Positions 15,775 through 24,528 are shown, counted from the first letter of the stretch. The stretch: 34,395 bases of DNA from Alphaproteobacteria bacterium (GCA_049288095.1 JBAQHC010000431.1:1-34395); one strand, 5' to 3'. Numbers and translations are program-made. Notes: generated by a model not told the origin, from the sequence alone.

Positions 15775-17820
15775 ATGGCCGCCGACCCTTACAGATATTT
15801 CAGGCCCGAAGCCGGCGAGATTATCGAGCAATTCTCGCGCGGCATGCTCGATCTCGAAAAGGGCGGCGACGGTGCGTCAACTCTACAGCGCCTATTGCGG
15901 CTCGCACATACGCTCAAGGGCGCCGCTCGCATCGTCAAGCAAGCCGAAATCGCCTCGCACGCGCATGCGATTGAAGACATCTTGTCGCCGTTGCGCGCCA
16001 CGCCGGAGAGAGTTGGCCGGGGCGAGATTGATGCGGTTCTTGAACATATCGATGCCGTTGGCGCGCAACTGCGCACACTGAGCGCTCCGCTTCAATCCGG
16101 CCAAACGCCGACAAAGAGTGAGGCAGAAGAGCCCGCGCCGCGAACCATTCGCGCCGATCTTGCCGAAACCGACGCCATGCTCGACAGCCTGATCGAAACC
16201 CGCGCGCTCATGAGCGGCGTGCGCACCGCCGCCGACGAAATCAATGGAGCGAACACCGCCATCGAGCTGCTTGTGCACCTTCTTGGCTCGCTGCCGCCGG
16301 AAATTCGAAACGGGCGCCCCTCGCTGCAAAGCCCCATCGCCATCGCCGAGGAGCTCAAGCGGAAGTTCGACTCGATCGCGCGAGCGCTTGATTCCAGCCT
16401 GGACCGAATGGACCGCGAGCTGCGTCAACTGCGGGAGCGTGCGGAGCGGCTACGCCTCATGCCAGCGGCCGATTTGTTCATTGCACTCGAGCGAACTGCA
16501 CGCGACACGGCGCGCGCGGTCGGCAAACAAATCACGTTCACTGCCAATGGCGACGATGTGCGGCTCGATGCACATATTCTCGAAACACTTCAACGCGCGC
16601 TCATCCAGATTGTTCGAAATGCCGTTGCGCATGGAATTGAGATGCCCGCCGACCGGAGAGCCGCGGGAAAGCCCGCGTCCGGCTCGGTCTCGATCACGAT
16701 TGCGCGGCGCGGCCGGCAAATTACTTTCCGGTGCCGCGATGATGGCCGGGGCCTTGATCTTGAGCGTGTGCGCGCATCGGCACTACAGCGCGGACTTGTA
16801 GGAGCCGACGGCAAAGAGCTGGGCTCGGGGGAGCTGATGAGACTCCTGCTCCGCGGGGGGATCAGCACATCTGCCACCGTAACGGAGGAGGCAGGGCGAG
16901 GGATCGGGCTTGATATCGTGCGTGAAGGGATCGAACGCCTTGGCGGCAGTGTCGAGTGTCAGAGCACGCCCGGCTTGGGCACGACTTTCGAGCTCATCAT
17001 CCCGCCATCACTGACCTCGCTGGAGGCGCTTCTGGTCGATGCGGGCGCAGAGGGCAGCGTTATGGCAATTCCCCTCGCCGCGGTGCGTGCGACGTGTCGC
17101 TCTGCGTCGTCTGGCATTTCAGTCACAGCATCGGGCGCTTCGATTCTGTATGATGAAGCTGCAATCCCGTTCTTGCCGCTCGCAACTGCACTGGACGATG
17201 CTTCGTGGCCAAGAACGAAGAGTTGGGCAACCGTTATTATCGGCGGCTCTGAAGGCGCTGCGGCCATTGGAGTCGAGCGTCTGCTCGGTACTGCCAACAT
17301 CGTCATCCGGCCGCTGCCGCAGCATATGCACGCAAGCCCCATCATCGCTGCGGCCTCGCTTGACGCCGACGGCAATCCGCAACTCGTGCTCGATGCGGAA
17401 AGACTCATTGAAGCCGCGCGCAACGGCTCCGGAACTCTCGACAAGAAGGCTCCGAAAGTAGCTGTGCTCGTCGTTGACGACTCTTTGACGACGCGCATGT
17501 TGGAGCAGGGCATTCTTGAGGCCGCCGGCTTTGAGGTTGAAACCGCGGTTTCGGGCGAAGAAGGAATCGAGCGTTTACGCAACCACAACTTCGCGGTGAT
17601 CCTCGTGGATGTCGAGATGCCGGGGATGGACGGCTTCACCTTCATTGAGCGGATCAAGTCGAACCCGGCGACGCGGAATATTCCTGCGATCCTTGTGACA
17701 TCGCTCAATGAACCATCGCATCGCGAACGCGGCCGCGCCGTGGGCGCGCACGGCTACATCGTGAAGAGCGAATTCAATCAAGCGGAGCTGCTCGCGATGA
17801 TCCGGCCTTTGGTGGCGTAG
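15775..17820 (+). CDS. cheA: CheA-type histidine kinase with fused C-terminal receiver (CheA-REC hybrid, WspE/CheA3-like)
   Basis: 681 aa. The P1 Hpt is 'LLRLAHTLKGAARIV'. Kinase boxes are 'IVRNAVAHGIE', 'RDDGRGLD' and 'GRGIGLDIV'. A P5 CheW-like region follows. The receiver reads 'VLVVDDSLTTRM...ILVDVEMPGMDG...ILVTS...YIVKSEF'. It starts 3 nt after the MCP stop. Confidence 0.92.
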   Translation: MAADPYRYFRPEAGEIIEQFSRGMLDLEKGGDGASTLQRLLRLAHTLKGAARIVKQAEIASHAHAIEDILSPLRATPERVGRGEIDAVLEHIDAVGAQLRTLSAPLQSGQTPTKSEAEEPAPRTIRADLAETDAMLDSLIETRALMSGVRTAADEINGANTAIELLVHLLGSLPPEIRNGRPSLQSPIAIAEELKRKFDSIARALDSSLDRMDRELRQLRERAERLRLMPAADLFIALERTARDTARAVGKQITFTANGDDVRLDAHILETLQRALIQIVRNAVAHGIEMPADRRAAGKPASGSVSITIARRGRQITFRCRDDGRGLDLERVRASALQRGLVGADGKELGSGELMRLLLRGGISTSATVTEEAGRGIGLDIVREGIERLGGSVECQSTPGLGTTFELIIPPSLTSLEALLVDAGAEGSVMAIPLAAVRATCRSASSGISVTASGASILYDEAAIPFLPLATALDDASWPRTKSWATVIIGGSEGAAAIGVERLLGTANIVIRPLPQHMHASPIIAAASLDADGNPQLVLDAERLIEAARNGSGTLDKKAPKVAVLVVDDSLTTRMLEQGILEAAGFEVETAVSGEEGIERLRNHNFAVILVDVEMPGMDGFTFIERIKSNPATRNIPAILVTSLNEPSHRERGRAVGAHGYIVKSEFNQAELLAMIRPLVA

Positions 17821-17822
17821 CC

Positions 17823-18896
17823 ATGGCAAAACTTCGTGTCCTTGTTGCCGATGACTCAGAGACCGTGCGCAAGCGCATCGTCGAATCATTGGCCGCCGAT
17901 CCTGGAATTGAAGTCGTTGGCGAGGCCGAGGATGGGCAGCGCGTGATCGAGCTCTGCCTGCGCACGAGCCCCGACGTGATCACGATGGACATGATGATGC
18001 CAATCATGACCGGCGTGGCAGCAACCGAATACATCATGGCGCATCAGCCGACGCCGATCTTGATTGTGTCCTCTTCCTTCAATCGCGGGGAATTGTTCAA
18101 GATCTATGATGCGCTTGCGGCAGGCGCCGTCGATGTCTTGGAAAAGCCGACGGGCGAAGAGGCCGAGGGCGACTGGGAAGGCCGGCTGATTGCGGCGGTC
18201 AAGCTCGTCTCGCGGATTAAGGTGATTACCCATCCGCGCGCGCGCCTGGGCCTTGAGCGTTCGCGCCGGTTGGAAGGCGCAGTCCCTGACCGCGGACGTG
18301 CCGCTGTGGGCCAGCTCGAAGTTGCGGCAATCGGCGCATCGACCGGAGGCCCCGGCGCAATCGTCGAAGTGCTGCGCAAGTTGCCGCCGAGCTTTCAAGT
18401 TCCGATTCTCATCGTGTTGCACATGAACGAGCCGTTTGGCGCAGCTTTCATCGATTGGCTGGATGCGCAAATCAATCGGCCGGTCAGCGCCGCGCAAGAT
18501 GGCGCGCGCGTTGAATCAGCTAAGGGCCGTGTGCTGGTGGCACCATGTGGCAAGCACCTCGTCATTCGCGACCGCACGGCATTTCTCACACTCGGCCCTG
18601 AGCGGCATTCTTGCCGGCCGTCAGTCGACACGCTCTTTGAATCAATCGCACCGGAATACGGCCCGGCCGCAGCGGCATGCCTGTTGACCGGCATGGGCAA
18701 AGACGGCGCGCTTGGCCTCTTACGAATTCGCGAGGCCGGCGGCATTACCATTGCGCAAGACGAAGCCTCATCTGTCGTTTACGGCATGCCGCGAGAGGCA
18801 GTGCTTCTGGGTGCCGCGCTACAAATCTTGCCGATCGGTGAAATCGGGCCGCGCCTTGCGGCCTTGCAAACCGCTCGGATGGAGGCCCTTGCATGA
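17823..18896 (+). CDS. cheB: Protein-glutamate methylesterase/deamidase CheB (REC + methylesterase)
   Basis: 357 aa. The receiver is 'VLVADDSETVRK...VITMDMMMPIMTG'. The esterase catalytic blocks are 'AIGASTGGP', 'IVLHMNEPF' and 'LTGMGKDG'. Confidence 0.93.
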   Translation: MAKLRVLVADDSETVRKRIVESLAADPGIEVVGEAEDGQRVIELCLRTSPDVITMDMMMPIMTGVAATEYIMAHQPTPILIVSSSFNRGELFKIYDALAAGAVDVLEKPTGEEAEGDWEGRLIAAVKLVSRIKVITHPRARLGLERSRRLEGAVPDRGRAAVGQLEVAAIGASTGGPGAIVEVLRKLPPSFQVPILIVLHMNEPFGAAFIDWLDAQINRPVSAAQDGARVESAKGRVLVAPCGKHLVIRDRTAFLTLGPERHSCRPSVDTLFESIAPEYGPAAAACLLTGMGKDGALGLLRIREAGGITIAQDEASSVVYGMPREAVLLGAALQILPIGEIGPRLAALQTARMEALA

Positions 18897-21823
18897 GCGG
18901 CACAGCCCTCATCGTTGACGACAGCTTGACCGTGCGCATGAATTTGGTCGAGCTGCTAAGTGACGCCGGTATTCAATGCGTTGCCTGTTCGACGTTGGCG
19001 GAGGCGAGGCGCGCCGTTGCCGAGTTCAGTTTCGCGCTCATCATCCTCGATATTCTTCTGCCCGACGGTGACGGCATCGAGCTGCTCAGAGAAATTCGCG
19101 CCAATCCGCTGACGAGCAAGACGAATGTCATGTTGCTCTCGACGGAGGCTGAGATCCGCGATCGTGTGCGCGGGCTGTCGACCGGTGCCGATGAGTATGT
19201 CGGCAAGCCCTATGATCCAAGCTATCTCATGGCGCGCGCGCGGCAACTCGTGCGCCAAGCGACGGCCGAAGGCCGGGAGACGCGTGAAACTATTCTCCTG
19301 ATCGATGACAGCGTTACTTTTCGGGAGGCGCTCAAGAGCGCGTTGGAACAAGCCTCCTATCATGTTGTCGTCGCCGGCACGGGAGAGGAAGGCCTTAAAC
19401 TCGCGGCGGACATCACGCCCTCGGCGATCGTTGTCGATGGCGAGCTGCCCGGAATCGATGGACCGACCGTGATTAGGCGAATTCGCCTTGATGCTGCCCT
19501 GCGCGAAATGCCTTGTTTCCTCCTTACGGGCTCAGAGGATCGCGAAGCCGAAGTACGCGCGCTTGAAGCCGGCGCCGATGCGTTCGCGCGCAAGGAAGAC
19601 AATCCGAGCGTGATCATTGCACGGATCGCGGCGATGCTGCGCGCTTCCAGAGAACAATCTATGCGCGCCGATACACGCAGCCTCCAAGGACCGAAGAAGG
19701 TGCTGGCAGTCGATGACAGCGAAACCTATCTGCAGACGCTTGCAGAGGCTCTGCGCACGAACGGCTATGAAGTGATCCTGGCCCGGTCGGGCGAGCAAGC
19801 TTTGGAGCTCCTTACGGTCGAGACCGTCGATTGCATTTTGCTCGATCTTCTGATGCCGGGCATTGGAGGGCGCGAAACCTGCCACCGCATCAAAAACGCG
19901 CCGGCCATCAGAGACATCCCGGTCATCATGCTGACTGCCGTCGAGGACCGCGAGGCGATGATTAGCGGCCTCGGCGCCGGCGCCGACGATTATATCTCCA
20001 AGTCGAGCGACCTTGAAGTCGTGCGCGCGCGCGTGCTCGCTCAGATCCGCCGCAAGCGTTTCGAGGACGAGCACCGGATCAGCCGTGAGCAGCAACGCGT
20101 GGCGCTGCAGATTCAACTGGAGCGCCTCAATCTCTTGAGCGAGATCACACGCGCGATAGCCGCACGACACGATCTAACCAGCATCTATCAAGTTGCGCTT
20201 GGCAACTTGGAAGAGCAGCTGCCAGTCGACTTCGCTGGTGTGTTCGTGCTCGATGAAGCAAGCAATGTCTTCTCCGTCATCGTCGGACCAAGAAGTCGCG
20301 AGATAACCATCAACTTCGCTCTACCCGGGCGCGCTTCGCTGTTCTTTGCCAAGGAAGATGTCGAACGCGCCGTCGGAACGCGCCAGATCTACGAGCCCGA
20401 CATCCAAGAGATCGAATCGACTCTCTCTCAGCTTCTTGCAAAGAACGGCCTTCGATCCCTCGTCATAACCCCGCTCCTTTCAAGCGGGACCGTGTTTGCT
20501 TTTCTGGTTGCCGCACGAGCGGCGATCGATGCTTTTAGCGGCATGGACTGCGACTTTCTCCAGCAGCTGAGCGAGCACATCAGCCTCGCGGTGATCCAGG
20601 CTAAGCTTCACCGGAATCTTCAGGATGCCTACGACGATTTACGGCAAAGCCAGCATGCGGTGATGCAGCAAGAACGTCTCCGGGTAATCGGTCAGATGGC
20701 GAGTGGCATCGCACACGACATCAACAATGCGATGACTCCGCTTGCCGTGATGACGCAACGCTTGCTTGAATCCCAACACGATCTGCGCCCCGAACTCACC
20801 AAGTATTTGAACGTCGCAAAGCTCGTGACGGACGATGTCAGCGCTACCGTTGCGCGGATGCGCGAGTTCTATCGCGAGCGCGAGCCTCAAGTGGCGTTTG
20901 TGCCGGTCAGCTTGAACACTTTGATCGATCAGGTTGTGGAGCTGACGCGCGCGAGATGGAGCGATATGGCCCAGCGCGCGGGCATAGTCATAGAGGTGAA
21001 GCGCGAGCTCACCCCTGATCTGCCGGCAATAATGGGAATTGAGAGCGAGATCCGGGAAGTTCTGACAAACCTGATTTTCAATGCTGTGGACGCAATGCCG
21101 CGCGGCGGCACCCTGACGCTACGCACTCGGTGCACGGAGCTGAAAGACCCCGGCCCGGGCGAGCGCGTGATGCTTGAAGTCGCAGATACCGGAATAGGAA
21201 TGGACGAGACAACGAGGCGCCGCTGCACCGAACCCTTCTTTACGACGAAAGGCGAGCGCGGCACGGGGCTTGGCCTCGCCATGGTTCACGGTGTCGCCAA
21301 GCGGCATGACGCCAATCTCGAAATCGATAGCGCCCAAGGAAAAGGCACGACCTTCCGTCTCGACTTTGCGGTGGCCGGAACACAGGAGGAAGGGGCTAAT
21401 TCGGCCTCCGCCCTTGAGACCAATACGGCTCCACCGATGAATGTGCTGCTGGTTGATGATGATCCCATCATTCTTGAAGTCATGCAGTCGACCTTGGAAG
21501 CGGACGGGCACAAGGTCGTCGCCGCCAATGGCGGACGAGAGGGCGTGACGGCATTCGCGGATGCGCTCGACAGACACGAGCCGATCAATGTTGTTATCAC
21601 CGATCTCGGCATGCCCAACATGAACGGGCTCGAAGTGGCGAAGGCGGTTAAGACGCTGCGAAGCGGAACCCCGATTATCCTTCTGTCAGGCTGGGGCCGC
21701 AAAATGGATGCTGAGCACGACAGCTTAGGCCAGGTCGACTTCACTCTCGCCAAGCCGCCGAAACTTCCGGACCTCAGAGCGGCAATGGTTGCGTGCTCAA
21801 AGCTTCAGGGAAGGCTTCGCTAG
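18893..21823 (+). CDS. Multi-receiver hybrid histidine kinase: REC-REC-REC-GAF-like-HisKA-HATPase_c-REC
   Basis: 976 aa, with an ATGA overlap with the cheB stop (18893..18896). REC1: 'LIVDDS...IILDILLPDGDG...MLLSTE...YVGKPYD'. REC2: 'LLIDDS...IVVDGELPGIDG...FLLTGS...FARKED'. REC3: 'LAVDDS...ILLDLLMPGIGG...IMLTAV...YISKSSD'. A GAF-like region follows ('LSEITRAIAARHDLTSIYQVALGNLEEQLPVDFAGVFVLDE'). The H-box is 'MASGIAHDINNAMTPL'. The N/G boxes are 'LTNLIFNAVDAM', 'ADTGIGMD' and 'GTGLGLAMV'. REC4: 'LLVDDDP...VITDLGMPNMNG...ILLSGWG...LAKPPK'. Confidence 0.9.
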   Translation: MSGTALIVDDSLTVRMNLVELLSDAGIQCVACSTLAEARRAVAEFSFALIILDILLPDGDGIELLREIRANPLTSKTNVMLLSTEAEIRDRVRGLSTGADEYVGKPYDPSYLMARARQLVRQATAEGRETRETILLIDDSVTFREALKSALEQASYHVVVAGTGEEGLKLAADITPSAIVVDGELPGIDGPTVIRRIRLDAALREMPCFLLTGSEDREAEVRALEAGADAFARKEDNPSVIIARIAAMLRASREQSMRADTRSLQGPKKVLAVDDSETYLQTLAEALRTNGYEVILARSGEQALELLTVETVDCILLDLLMPGIGGRETCHRIKNAPAIRDIPVIMLTAVEDREAMISGLGAGADDYISKSSDLEVVRARVLAQIRRKRFEDEHRISREQQRVALQIQLERLNLLSEITRAIAARHDLTSIYQVALGNLEEQLPVDFAGVFVLDEASNVFSVIVGPRSREITINFALPGRASLFFAKEDVERAVGTRQIYEPDIQEIESTLSQLLAKNGLRSLVITPLLSSGTVFAFLVAARAAIDAFSGMDCDFLQQLSEHISLAVIQAKLHRNLQDAYDDLRQSQHAVMQQERLRVIGQMASGIAHDINNAMTPLAVMTQRLLESQHDLRPELTKYLNVAKLVTDDVSATVARMREFYREREPQVAFVPVSLNTLIDQVVELTRARWSDMAQRAGIVIEVKRELTPDLPAIMGIESEIREVLTNLIFNAVDAMPRGGTLTLRTRCTELKDPGPGERVMLEVADTGIGMDETTRRRCTEPFFTTKGERGTGLGLAMVHGVAKRHDANLEIDSAQGKGTTFRLDFAVAGTQEEGANSASALETNTAPPMNVLLVDDDPIILEVMQSTLEADGHKVVAANGGREGVTAFADALDRHEPINVVITDLGMPNMNGLEVAKAVKTLRSGTPIILLSGWGRKMDAEHDSLGQVDFTLAKPPKLPDLRAAMVACSKLQGRLR

Positions 21824-22171
21824 CGACGAAGGAAAGAACCCCATTCTTAATTGAGATCACGGATTCAAACACAAGTGCTCTTCCGACTATGCTTCTCACC
21901 GTTTGATTGCCTACGCTCAGTGCGGCTTCACAAAGCCTCCAGTTTTGCTGGTACGGGGCCGAGCTTGAACCGGCACGGGCCTTTCGACTGTACGGAATTC
22001 ATACCACTTAGGCTTCGCCACCCGGGCCGCAATGCCAAAGGCACCGGCGGGTTCGTCGTTGCTACAGGTACACGCCGTACCGGGCACTCGGCGAACGCGC
22101 CACGGACGCGATCAAGTTGCTCAAGTTTCGAAGACGTGAGAGTTGCGCGGCGGCGGCCTCGCCCCGGGCAT

Positions 22172-22366
22172 TCAGAATTTGTGGTTGATACCCGCCTGCT
22201 TCAAGATCGCGTTGGCGGTGTGCCGGGACTTCACGCCCGCATCCACGGTGAAGCTGCGCTTGGTTATCGGGCTAAACCAAATCTGATGGTCGCCCTTCCC
22301 GTTGCGCACAAATCGGCAGTCGTGCTGCCGCAGGATTCGAATGATGTCGCCGATATAGCCGGCCAT
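22172..22366 (-). CDS. hicA: Type II toxin-antitoxin system toxin, HicA/YcfA family (mRNA interferase)
   Basis: 64 aa: 'MAGYIGDIIRILRQHDCRFVRNGKGDHQIWFSPITKRSFTVDAGVKSRHTANAILKQAGINHKF'. This fits the HicA pattern (xxLxxxGxxxxRxxGSHxxxxxP....tvP.H...l..GTl.sIlkQAGl). Its start overlaps the upstream stop by 1 nt (TGATG). Confidence 0.85.
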   Translation of the reverse strand: MAGYIGDIIRILRQHDCRFVRNGKGDHQIWFSPITKRSFTVDAGVKSRHTANAILKQAGINHKF

Positions 22367-22614
22367 CAGGCGGCGGCGGTGATCACGTCTGATTTACCGC
22401 TAGGCGACACAACTTGAAACTGGATGGTGCCCTTGTGGCCGCGATCGAGGACCCGGTTCTCGAAAAGCATCTCGGGAACCATGACCTGAAGCTTGGCGAT
22501 AAGCGCTTTAGCGTCGGGCGCCTCAGTCACCAAGCCGGGCACGTCGTCGCTGGTCGCGACCAGCACGCCGGCCTCGGGGTCCCACATCGTCTGAACGCTG
22601 TAGACCTTGTCCAT
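22366..22614 (-). CDS. hicB: HicB-like antitoxin (DUF1902-type N-terminal HicB fold, no obvious DNA-binding domain)
   Basis: 82 aa: 'MDKVYSVQTMWDPEAGVLVATSDDVPGLVTEAPDAKALIAKLQVMVPEMLFEN...'. This matches the short DUF1902/HicB_N type that pairs with YcfA/HicA toxins. It is translationally coupled to hicA. Confidence 0.7.
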   Translation of the reverse strand: MDKVYSVQTMWDPEAGVLVATSDDVPGLVTEAPDAKALIAKLQVMVPEMLFENRVLDRGHKGTIQFQVVSPSGKSDVITAAA

Positions 22615-22800
22615 GGAAATGAAGGTTGGTCCGAATAGCCTAACATTTCAATGCATGGCGCATCAAAAATCGGATGCGTTGCAGGAACGCTCCCGGCTAA
22701 CCGAAGGTTGCTTCGGAGCCCTCAGACCACCGAGCTCGTTGCACAGCCCAACCATATCGAATCGTGACCATTTATTAAGTCACTGATTTCTATATATGAT

Positions 22801-22877
22801 TGGCGCACCGGGCAGGATTCGAACCCACGACCCCTAGATTCGTAGTCTAGTGCTCTATCCAGCTGAGCTACCGGTGC
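22801..22877 (-). tRNA. tRNA-Arg (anticodon ACG), CCA encoded
   Basis: The reverse complement reads GCACCGGTAGCTCAGCTGGATAGAGCACTAGACTACGAATCTAGGGGTCGTGGGTTCGAATCCTGCCCGGTGCGCCA. Acceptor stem GCACCGG/CCGGTGC. D-arm GCTC/GAGC. Anticodon stem CTAGA/TCTAG with loop CTACGAA (ACG). T-arm GTGGG-TTCGAAT-CCTGC, which includes two G-U pairs. Confidence 0.93.
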
Positions 22878-23010
22878 TTTGCCAACGGCTCGGCCTCAAA
22901 GGCCGCCCGAAAGAAGGCCGGAAGCTAGGCACTCTTGCGCCCTCATGCAAGACCGGTGGAGGGCTGGCGGGCCCGATTCTTTGAGCGGCGCGCGAGCTTT
23001 ACCATGCCGC

Positions 23011-23493
23011 ATGCGCCAAGTGATTCGCGCCCCGCACCCGCTTTTCTGCGCCGCCCTTGCTCTCCTGGGCGCGCTGGCGCTCGGCTCGTGCGGGCAGCAA
23101 GGCGCGCCGCAAGACCGGGCCGAGCCGGGTGCGCTCGGCCGGGCGCTTGCCCAGAGCGGCCAAGGAACCACGGGCGCCCTGCCCCCGGGGGCGCAGCAAC
23201 CTTATATCGTCATCCGGTTCGACCGGCCGGGCATCACTTTTGCCGACGCCTTGTTCACGGCCATGAGCCGCGCGCTCGACCGCTATCCGGGCGCGAATTT
23301 CGACGTCGTTTTGGCAATGCCGCCGCTTTCGCCCAACGCCAACCCCGAGGAGGCGATGCGCGAGGGCGAGCAGCATATCGAGGATGTCGTGCTCGCGATG
23401 ACCGATATGGGCTTGCCATCCTCGCGCCTGCGCATTGCCGCTTCGACGGATGAATACGCAACCGTCGACGAGATCCGCATCTTCGTGCGCTAA
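23011..23493 (+). CDS. Hypothetical lipoprotein
   Basis: ORF 22879..23493. I start it at the ATG at 23011 because this gives a lipoprotein signal peptide with lipobox 'MRQVIRAPHPLFCAALALLGALALGSC|GQQ'. The longer N-terminal extension would overlap the tRNA flank and is Arg/Pro-rich. I recognised no functional motif. Confidence 0.6.
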   Translation: MRQVIRAPHPLFCAALALLGALALGSCGQQGAPQDRAEPGALGRALAQSGQGTTGALPPGAQQPYIVIRFDRPGITFADALFTAMSRALDRYPGANFDVVLAMPPLSPNANPEEAMREGEQHIEDVVLAMTDMGLPSSRLRIAASTDEYATVDEIRIFVR

Positions 23494-23514
23494 TTACTCC
23501 GTGAGCGGATTATA

Positions 23515-24528
23515 TTAGGCGCGATAGGCTGGAACGCTGTCGATAGCGCGCGCTTCGTAGACGCTGCGGGCGATGGCGCGCGCCAGGCAATCCGCCGCGA
23601 TGGTGCCAAGGCGCGCGAGCGTCAAAGGCCGCGGCTCGGCGAGCTCGCGCGCACCAGTCGCAAGAGCAAAGACGACATCGCCGTCATAAGGCGTGTGAAC
23701 CGGCCTGATCGCGCGCGCAAGGCCATCTTGCGCCATCACAGCAAGACGTTTGGCTTCGACTGAGCTGAGCTTCGCATCGACGGCGACAACGCCGAGCGTC
23801 GTATTCGTCCGTGGGCCGACTATCCGCCCGGGCTTGGAATCGGCGGGAAAATCAAGATCGATGCCTCCGGGCGGAATTTGCGGCGCGGATTGGCCGCCCA
23901 GCTCGCCATTCTGCTCGAGCGTCCACGCCCAGAATGTGCGCGTGCCGGGCACCAGCACCGAGCCGACCGAATTGACCGCGGCAAGCGCGCCCACCGTGAA
24001 ACCATCTTCGGTGACGGCCGACGCGCTGCCGAGCCCGCCTTTCAAATTCCCTGCGCGCGCGCCGCGCCCCGCGCCGAAATTGCCGAGCGAAAATTCCGCG
24101 GCAGCGGATTCGATCGCCGCAATCCCGAGCGCGCGATAAGGCGGCAGCTCACCCCAGTTCTTGTCGCCGCCATTGGCAAGATCGAACAAGATCGCGGCAG
24201 GAACGATCGGCGCGACCATCGGCAAATTGCGCAAGCTGTAGCCGCGCCCGCGCGCGCCGAGCCACGCGGCAACGCCCGAGCCCGCTTCGAGTCCGTAAAC
24301 CGAGCCGCCGGACAGGACGATCGCATCAACTTCGTCGACATGATTGACGGGGTCGAGCAAATCCGTTTCGCGCGTGCCCGGCCCGCCGCCCCGTACATCG
24401 ACCGCGGCCATTGCGCGGCGCTCCGGCACGATCACCGTAACGCCAGTGCGTACCTTTTCATCTTGCGCATTGCCGACAGCGATGCCGGGAACATCAGTGA
24501 GGAGATTGCGCGCGCCCGGTTTGGTCAT
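23515..24528 (-). CDS. P1 (S58/DmpA) family peptidase
   Basis: The ORF extends to 24564 with a TTG start; the ATG at 24528 (MTKPGARNLLTDVPGIAVGN...) is preferred. Family blocks are 'VDVRGGGPGTRETDLLDP', 'AIVLSGGSVYGLEA', 'NLKGGLGSAS', 'NTTLGVVAVDAKL' and 'RLAVMAQDGLARAIRPVHTPYDGD'. Confidence 0.85.
   Translation of the reverse strand: MTKPGARNLLTDVPGIAVGNAQDEKVRTGVTVIVPERRAMAAVDVRGGGPGTRETDLLDPVNHVDEVDAIVLSGGSVYGLEAGSGVAAWLGARGRGYSLRNLPMVAPIVPAAILFDLANGGDKNWGELPPYRALGIAAIESAAAEFSLGNFGAGRGARAGNLKGGLGSASAVTEDGFTVGALAAVNSVGSVLVPGTRTFWAWTLEQNGELGGQSAPQIPPGGIDLDFPADSKPGRIVGPRTNTTLGVVAVDAKLSSVEAKRLAVMAQDGLARAIRPVHTPYDGDVVFALATGARELAEPRPLTLARLGTIAADCLARAIARSVYEARAIDSVPAYRA

Noticed and set aside
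22039-22096. Partial similarity to the tRNA-Arg 3' end (gcaccggcgggttcg at 22041..22055; gtaccgggcactcggcgaac at 22077..22096, about 14/21 identities) as a possible distal att repeat of a decayed island
   Set aside because: The identity is too low and too short to distinguish from chance in G+C-rich DNA. It needs comparison with an empty-site genome.
21851-22417. 188-aa plus-strand ORF between the hybrid kinase and the tRNA
   Set aside because: It opens with TTG, is Arg/Ser-rich and low in complexity, and has no SD. Its 3' half is antisense to a well-supported hicA gene, so it is treated as spurious.
22659-22720. Two hairpins downstream of the tRNA on the minus strand: GGCT-aa-CCGAAG-gttg-CTTCGG-AGCC at 22695..22720, and CGCATC-N8-GATGCG at 22659..22678
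   Set aside because: The stems are real, but neither is followed by a U-tract in the transcribed orientation, so I do not call them intrinsic terminators. They could also belong to the hicB promoter region.
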